From contig JBDRQD010000015.1 in assembly GCA_043826455.1 (NCBI GenBank), positions 224,001 through 288,000 on the forward strand: a stretch of DNA of 64,000 nt, in the 5' to 3' direction. The notes beneath the pieces were generated by a model that made no database searches, was not told the origin of the DNA, and worked only from the letters and a program-made list of their open reading frames with translations. Below are positions 58,262 to 64,000 of the stretch, piece by piece (position 1 is the first letter of the stretch; each line of letters starts with the position of its first letter). The position numbers and the translations under genes are program-made. This stretch comes from Candidatus Bathyarchaeota archaeon. GTDB taxonomy: Archaea > Thermoproteota > Bathyarchaeia > TCS64.

Positions 58262-58816
58262 TTGACGGGTAACCTTTTGCGTCCCACAGAGAGCCTCGAA
58301 AAGCTGGCATCAGGGCTAAGGGCTGGCCCAGACGAAGAAGCCCACGCAGCAGTAGCTATACTGGTTAAGCCCAACGACGACGACCTGGAGCTCTTCCTGG
58401 TGAAGAGGGCCGAGGCGACCGGGGACCCCTGGAGCGGCGACATGGCCTTCCCCGGGGGCAAAAAGATGCCTGAGGACCGGGGCCTCGTGGACACCGTCGC
58501 CAGGGAGGTGCTGGAGGAGACAGGGATAGACCTGCGGGGCGCAGCAGCCATGGGGTACATGGAGCCACTGTTCAGCTCCGTCCGCAAGACCCTCAGAGTG
58601 CAGCCCATAATCTACAGTTTCCAGGAGAAGCCCGAGGTCCACCTGAACTATGAGCTCACCAGGTACATGTGGGCGCCCCTCAACGCCTTAAGGAAGTCCC
58701 GGTGCCAGACAGTGATCAAGGGCTGGGAGGGCCCCGTCTTCCGGATAGACGGCGAGGTGGTGTGGGGCCTCACCTACAGGATGCTTGAGATGATACTGGA
58801 GATGCTGGAGGACTAG
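58262..58816 (+). CDS. Nudix hydrolase (CoA pyrophosphatase-like)
   Basis: AAVA, KRA....PWSGDMAFPGG, REVLEETG, WGLT. Confidence 0.87.
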   Translation: MTGNLLRPTESLEKLASGLRAGPDEEAHAAVAILVKPNDDDLELFLVKRAEATGDPWSGDMAFPGGKKMPEDRGLVDTVAREVLEETGIDLRGAAAMGYMEPLFSSVRKTLRVQPIIYSFQEKPEVHLNYELTRYMWAPLNALRKSRCQTVIKGWEGPVFRIDGEVVWGLTYRMLEMILEMLED

Positions 58817-59682
58817 AGGAGCCTCCTAAGGGCCTCAGCCACCTGGCTGGGCAGCTCACCCACCTCAACGCCCGCATTCCTCAGAGCGCTCATCTTGCTG
58901 TCGGCCGTGCCGCTGCTACCCTGGATGATGGCGCCTGCGTGGCCCATCCTCTTACCGGGGACCGCTGCTCGTCCCGCAATGTATGCCGCGACGGGCTTGG
59001 TGAAGCCGCCCTCCTCTATGAACCTGGCCGCCCTCTCCTCTGCGTCGCCCCCGATCTCACCGATCAGGGCCACGGCCTCCGTCCCCGAGTCCTCCTCAAA
59101 CCACTTCAGTACCTCTATGTAGTCAAGGCCCACCACGGGGTCCCCGCCCAGCCCCACGCAGGTGCTCTGGCCCAGGCCGACGCGGGTTATGTGGGCGGCT
59201 ATCTCATAGAACAGGGTGCCGCTGCGGCTGATGATGCCAACGCCGCCTTTCTTGAAGACCTGGGCCGGCATGATGCCCATCTTGCTCTCACCCGCCTTGA
59301 TGAGACCCGGCGAGTTGGGGCCGACGATGGTGGTGCCCTTGAGCCCAGCCTTGGCCACCAGCTCTATGCTGTCCCTGACGGGAATGCCCTCCGTTATGAC
59401 CACCACGGGGTCAAGGCCGGCCTCCACGGCCTCCAGGGCCGCGTCCAAGGCGTAGGGGGCGGGCACGAATACGATGCTGGCGTCGATCTCGTGCTCCTCC
59501 TGGGCCTCGGTGACGGTGTCGTAGACGGGGACGCCCTCGCAGACCTGGCCGCCTCTGCCCGGGACGCTGCCGGCCACCACCTTGGTGCCGTACTCCTTCA
59601 TGAGGCGGGCGTGGAACTGGCCCTGGCCGCCCGTCAGGCCCTGAACGATGACCCGGGTGTCCTTGTCGATGAACCTGACCAT
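58813..59682 (-). CDS. sucD: Succinyl-CoA synthetase alpha subunit
   Basis: VQGLTG, ITEGIP, GPNSPG, SRSGTL, GEIGG..EE, RMGHAGA. Confidence 0.95.
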   Translation of the reverse strand: MVRFIDKDTRVIVQGLTGGQGQFHARLMKEYGTKVVAGSVPGRGGQVCEGVPVYDTVTEAQEEHEIDASIVFVPAPYALDAALEAVEAGLDPVVVITEGIPVRDSIELVAKAGLKGTTIVGPNSPGLIKAGESKMGIMPAQVFKKGGVGIISRSGTLFYEIAAHITRVGLGQSTCVGLGGDPVVGLDYIEVLKWFEEDSGTEAVALIGEIGGDAEERAARFIEEGGFTKPVAAYIAGRAAVPGKRMGHAGAIIQGSSGTADSKMSALRNAGVEVGELPSQVAEALRRLL

Positions 59683-59683
59683 C

Positions 59684-60826
59684 TCAGGCGCCTCCTGCCA
59701 GCCTCACGGCCATGTCAGCCGCCTCCTCCATGGTGTCCAGGGTCTCTATGCCTGCTTCCCTGAGGATGGCCTTGCCCTCCGCCTCCTTGGTGCCCATCAT
59801 GCGGACCACTATGGGCTTAGAGACGCCCAGCTCCTTCCTGGCCGCGATTATGCCCTCCGCGGTGTGGTCGCACCGGGTTATGCCGCCCAGAACGTTCACG
59901 AACAGCGCCCTCGTCCGCTGGTCGTCTAGGACGAACTTCACGGCCCTCCCGATGCGCTCAGGGGTGGCTCCGCCGCCCAGGTCCAGGAAGTTGGCCGCCT
60001 TGCCGCCGTGAAGCATCACCGTGTCCAGGGTTGCCATGGTGAGGCCTGCTCCGTTGCCTATGACGCCTATGTCGCCGTCCAGCTCCACGTAGGCCAGGTC
60101 CATGGCTCGTGCCTCCATCTCCCGCTCCGTCAGCTCCCCCTGGTAGCTGTGGAGGAGCTTCTCCTCCAGCTCCTTGTGCCTGTAGAGGGCGTTGTTGTCC
60201 ACGTTGAGCCTGGCGTCTGCCGCGATGAACCCGTCCTCCACCTCGGCCAGGGGGTTAATCTCCGTCAGCTCCGCGTCCATCTCCAAAGCCAGGGCGTAGA
60301 GCTTGTAGACGAAGACCGCGAAGGCGCGCATCTTCCTGTCGCCGTATCCGAGACGCTTGGCCATCAGGTTACAGTGGTAGCTCCGGAGGCCCAGCACGGG
60401 GTCAACCCTGTGGCGCACTATTCTTTCAGGGGTCCTGGCGGCCACTTCCTCTATGTCCATGCCGCCCTCCCCTGAGGCCAGGATGACGTAGCACCTGTTG
60501 CCGCGGTCCACCGTGACCCCCAGGTACACCTCGTTTACGATCCTGATCTTCTCCTCCACGTAGAGCTTCTCCACTGTGAGGCCCTTGATGCTCATGCCCA
60601 GAAGCTGAGATGCGGCCAGCTCTGCCTCAGCCGGGGTGTCGGCGAACTTCACGCCTCCAGCCTTTCCTCTACCGCCTACGGGTAGCTGGACCTTGATTAC
60701 GGCGGGCCGCCCCAGCTCCTTGACGGCGTCCGCCGCCGCCTTGGGGGTGGTCACCATCCGGCCCCAGGGCGTGGGGATGCCGTACTTCTTGAAATATTCC
60801 TTTGCTTCGTACTCCAATAGCTTCAA
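59684..60826 (-). CDS. sucC: Succinyl-CoA synthetase beta subunit
   Basis: LLEYEAK (TTG start), GGRGKAGGV, EINPL, NGAGLTMATLD, ANFLDLGGG, GGITRCD. Confidence 0.95.
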   Translation of the reverse strand: MKLLEYEAKEYFKKYGIPTPWGRMVTTPKAAADAVKELGRPAVIKVQLPVGGRGKAGGVKFADTPAEAELAASQLLGMSIKGLTVEKLYVEEKIRIVNEVYLGVTVDRGNRCYVILASGEGGMDIEEVAARTPERIVRHRVDPVLGLRSYHCNLMAKRLGYGDRKMRAFAVFVYKLYALALEMDAELTEINPLAEVEDGFIAADARLNVDNNALYRHKELEEKLLHSYQGELTEREMEARAMDLAYVELDGDIGVIGNGAGLTMATLDTVMLHGGKAANFLDLGGGATPERIGRAVKFVLDDQRTRALFVNVLGGITRCDHTAEGIIAARKELGVSKPIVVRMMGTKEAEGKAILREAGIETLDTMEEAADMAVRLAGGA

Positions 60827-60993
60827 AGCATATTCGCCTAACTGAAAAGAGGCGCCTGCTAATATTGGTTCTGGGCGGAGGCTGGGGCCCGGGGATAGGG
60901 ATGCGCGGGCCGCAGCTCCAGTCAAGTCGCATGTCCGAGGATGCACCGCTGGTAGGTTTATACACGCAGCGTCTGAGTATGGGTCTGATCCGG

Positions 60994-61530
60994 ATGAGGT
61001 ACAGCACCAGACAGCTCTCAATGATCATGGTATTCAGCGCCCTGGGCGCCGTCCTCAGCGTACCCATCGGGCACATAGGCAACTACATGAAGACGATCCC
61101 CGCGTTGCCGTTGGGCACAGGCCAGGCCCTGTCGGGGCTCCACCTAGTGACGGTGGTGCTAGCCGCCCTATTGATCCGGAGAACAGGGACGGCCACCATG
61201 ACCGCCACGGTGAAGGGCCTAGTAGAGGCAGCCCTGTTCAGCTTCCACGGCCTCCCGGTGATCCTTATCAGCGGGGCCCAGGGATTGATAGTCGATGCCG
61301 CGCTGCACGTGTCCGGGTACGAGTCCCCATTGCTGCTCAGCCTGGGGTGTGGGCTGGCAGCGGTCAGCAACGTGGCCTTTCAGCAGTTCGTCCTCCTCAT
61401 GCCTTTCCCGCCGGAGGTCTTCGCCTTCATGTATGGGGTCGCCTTCCTGTCTGGGGCGCTCGGCGGAGCGCTGACGGGGAGACTTTACCTGATGGTGGAG
61501 ACCAGAATCCCCGTGGCTAAAGGCTTGTGA
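60994..61530 (+). CDS. ECF transporter S component
   Basis: Small protein with 5-6 TM helices and G.AT..A.VKGLVE pattern. TTTATA promoter at 60957. Confidence 0.65.
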   Translation: MRYSTRQLSMIMVFSALGAVLSVPIGHIGNYMKTIPALPLGTGQALSGLHLVTVVLAALLIRRTGTATMTATVKGLVEAALFSFHGLPVILISGAQGLIVDAALHVSGYESPLLLSLGCGLAAVSNVAFQQFVLLMPFPPEVFAFMYGVAFLSGALGGALTGRLYLMVETRIPVAKGL

Positions 61531-61591
61531 AGGGCTCGTTTTTAGGGCCGTAATGTCTTATATCTGCTTCTACTATTTTTTCATGATAACC

Positions 61592-62890
61592 ATGGACAAG
61601 GCAGAGCTCAAAGCAAAGGCCCTGGCCGAGATAGATGCAAGGGTGGACGAGATAATCGAGTACGCCACAGCTATCTGGAAGCACCCTGAGCTGGGCTTCA
61701 AGGAGTTCAAGACCGCGGAGCTCACCGAGAAGAAATACAAGAAGATGGGCTGGCGGTATAAGAGCAAGATAGCCATCACGGGCAGCAAGGCGTACCTCAA
61801 GGGAGACGGCTCAAAGCCGAGCGTAGGCATAGTAGGGGAGCTGGACTCCCTCCACATACCCGCTCACCCTGAGAGCCACCCTGAGACCGGGAACGTCCAC
61901 GCCTGCGGCCACCACAGCCAGATGGCCGCCATGCTGGGAGCCGGCCTCGGCCTCGACGCGGTGAAGAAGCACCTGACCGGAGAGGTTGTCATGGTGGCCG
62001 TCCCAGCCGAGGAGTACATAGAGATCGATTACAGGAACAGGCTCCGGGAGGAGGGCAAGCTAGAGTTCTTCGGAGGCAAACAGGAGTTCATACGCCTCGG
62101 CGAGATGGACGACATTAACATCTGCATCGGCAGCCACAGCGCCTTCGACCAGACTGAGCTCATCGGCGTCGGGGGCACCAACAACGGGTTCATAGGCAAA
62201 CTCGTCCACTACATCGGCAAGGAGGCCCACGCCGGGGGCTCACCCCACGAGGGCATCAACGCCCTGAACGCGGCCATGATGGGCCTCATGGGAATCCACG
62301 CCAACAGGGAGACCTTCAAGGACGAGGACACCATCCGTGTCCACCCCATAATAACCAAGGGCGGCGAGATAGTGAACAACGTCCCCGCCGACGTCAGGAT
62401 GGAGAGCTACGTCCGGGGCAAGACCGTGGAGGCCATCATAGACGCCAACAGGAAAGTGAACAAGGCCCTCCGGGCGGGGGCCATGGCAGTGGGCGCCGAG
62501 GTGGATATACACGACCACCCAGGCTATATGCCCTACACCAGGAACTCGAACCTGGAGAAGGTCGTGGTCGCATCCTGCACGGAGCTGGTGGGCGCCAAGG
62601 AGATCAAGCACCGGGAGCACAGCACCGGCAGCACCGACATGGGGGACTACAGCTGCATAATGCCCACCACCAGCGTGGGGATGGCAGGCACCGAGGGCTC
62701 CGGCCACAGCAGACACATGAAGGTTACCGACCCCGTGAAGCAGTACATCTGGCCCGCTAAAGCCATAGCCGTCGCGGTCATCGACCTACTCAGCGATGAC
62801 GCCAAGGCCGCAAAGAAGGTCATCAAAGGATTCAAGCCTACTATAAAAAGGGAAGAGTACACCGAGTTCATGAAGAAGCTCGTCCAGTGA
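61592..62890 (+). CDS. M20 family amidohydrolase
   Basis: HPELGFKE, ELD, HACGH, PAEE, AHAG, GSTDMGD. Confidence 0.9.
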   Translation: MDKAELKAKALAEIDARVDEIIEYATAIWKHPELGFKEFKTAELTEKKYKKMGWRYKSKIAITGSKAYLKGDGSKPSVGIVGELDSLHIPAHPESHPETGNVHACGHHSQMAAMLGAGLGLDAVKKHLTGEVVMVAVPAEEYIEIDYRNRLREEGKLEFFGGKQEFIRLGEMDDINICIGSHSAFDQTELIGVGGTNNGFIGKLVHYIGKEAHAGGSPHEGINALNAAMMGLMGIHANRETFKDEDTIRVHPIITKGGEIVNNVPADVRMESYVRGKTVEAIIDANRKVNKALRAGAMAVGAEVDIHDHPGYMPYTRNSNLEKVVVASCTELVGAKEIKHREHSTGSTDMGDYSCIMPTTSVGMAGTEGSGHSRHMKVTDPVKQYIWPAKAIAVAVIDLLSDDAKAAKKVIKGFKPTIKREEYTEFMKKLVQ

Positions 62891-63057
62891 GACACCTATA
62901 CGTATCAAAACCTTTTTCTCACTTACACACCAGTTAACTGATCTCTATCAAAAAACTGGTTGAACATATGGATCACAAAAAAGGAATGTTTAAAATCATG
63001 CTCCCTTGAAACCACACAGAACCATGACCAGGGTTCCGGGAACGCGAAGAGAACACC

Positions 63058-64000
63058 ATGAAAGCCACGCAGGAACTCAGGAGCTTCTACAGCGGGCTGT
63101 CCAAGGACCTGAAGGTCATCTTCGCCAGGTCCAGCATAGCTAACTTCGCGTACAACATCAACCCCTACAACAGCATATTCATAGTCGCCCTGGGTGCTAG
63201 TGGCACCCAGCTTGGCCTCCTCACCAGCCTCAGCCTGGGGCTAACAGCTGTCGCAGCCATGCTCACCGGGTGGCTCTCCGACAGACTCAACAGGAAGCAC
63301 ATGTTCCTCATGGGCGCCTTCATCGGGGCGCTGGTCCCCCTCACATACTTCACGGCGGGCGGCCTCTACTGGCTCGTACCCGCCTTCGTCTTCGCCGGCT
63401 TCGCCGAGGGCATCATCTCTCCGGCGTGGACAGCCATGTACGCCAACAGCATCAAGAACAAGCAGAGGGGCACCGTCTACGGTCTGGCCAACGTGTTCAT
63501 CCTGACGCCCATGCTCTTCGCGGGCCTCGTAGGCGGCCAGATAGTCAGCGTGAGCGGAGGCCTAAATGTGCCCGGCATCCGCCCCGTGTACCTGGTTCAG
63601 GCCGTCCTCCTGGTCTCCGCTCTACTCATTGTCTGGAGGTTCCTCGGGGACAGGAACCCTACGCAGCCCAAGCGGAAGCTGAACCTAAGAACCATGGTGG
63701 ACGACTACGGTAACGTCCTGGGCCGGAAAGGGGTAAGGTCATGGGTGGGGATGAAGAGCCTGGGCAGCCTCAGCATCGGCCTCGCCGGCCCCTTCTGGAT
63801 GCTGTACGCCGCCACGGTCCACGGGGCATCCGCCATGGGCATCGCCTACATGGTCACCGCCCGCAGCCTCACCAACATACTGTCATCGCCGGCCGCGGGC
63901 AGGCTCACCGACACTGTGGGCAGGAAGAAGATGATCATAGGTGGCCGAGTCATCATGTATGTTGCCACCGCCATCTTCCTGCTGCTGGGCGGGCAGGAGG
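63058..64000 (+). CDS. MFS transporter (truncated by window end)
   Basis: Not in the ORF track. Reads MKATQELRSFYSGLSKDLKV...GWLSDRLNRK...GRLTDTVGRKK and stays open to the end of the window. Confidence 0.85.
   Translation, partial: MKATQELRSFYSGLSKDLKVIFARSSIANFAYNINPYNSIFIVALGASGTQLGLLTSLSLGLTAVAAMLTGWLSDRLNRKHMFLMGAFIGALVPLTYFTAGGLYWLVPAFVFAGFAEGIISPAWTAMYANSIKNKQRGTVYGLANVFILTPMLFAGLVGGQIVSVSGGLNVPGIRPVYLVQAVLLVSALLIVWRFLGDRNPTQPKRKLNLRTMVDDYGNVLGRKGVRSWVGMKSLGSLSIGLAGPFWMLYAATVHGASAMGIAYMVTARSLTNILSSPAAGRLTDTVGRKKMIIGGRVIMYVATAIFLLLGGQE

Noticed and set aside
60970..61005. CTGAG...CTGATCCGGAT resembling a TPP riboswitch upstream of the ECF S gene
   Set aside because: The P1-P5 stems and correct spacing are missing, and the segment spans the probable transcription start and start codon.
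60827..61021. N-terminal extensions of sucC (to 61021) and of the ECF-S ORF (from 60802)
   Set aside because: The extensions overlap each other and lack family similarity. The conserved starts are TTG 60826 and ATG 60994.
1..64000. CRISPR arrays, rRNA, canonical tRNA, transposases, integrases
   Set aside because: No regularly spaced direct repeats, cloverleafs, rRNA-like tracts or DDE/tyrosine-recombinase ORFs were seen by eye.

Overview
Gene-dense, GC-rich archaeal chromosomal segment, most consistent with Bathyarchaeia or another TACK lineage. This placement is inferred from TFB, eukaryote-type topoisomerase IB, form III RuBisCO, TATA-type promoters and GGTGA ribosome-binding sites. Left to right it holds: parts of a group-4 hydrogenase/Mrp-like membrane complex split over two converging operons; a complete clustered pentose-bisphosphate pathway (AMP phosphorylase, RuBisCO III, ribose-1,5-bisphosphate isomerase) next to tfb; many transporters (7 MFS, TauE, CPA, CLC, ECF-S); a translationally coupled four-gene DUF6754 membrane cassette divergent from a cytoplasmic M14 peptidase; two beta-lactamase-fold hydrolases; topoisomerase IB; MoaD plus an aldehyde:ferredoxin oxidoreductase; an ORP-like Fe-S cluster (DUF134, DUF5320, three NifB/NifX, two ferredoxin-MinD ATPases, Mrp, CGGC); and sucCD. 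No rRNA, canonical tRNA, CRISPR array or transposase was seen. The best novel candidates are the DUF6754 cassette as an uncharacterised transport system, a 73-nt intergenic RNA candidate with an acceptor-like 12-bp stem ending in GCCA and a correctly spaced TATA box (40690-40762, minus strand), and a triplicated TGTGC-N4-GCACA operator in the DUF134/DUF5320 divergent promoter. Family names come from motif recognition by eye, not from database searches.
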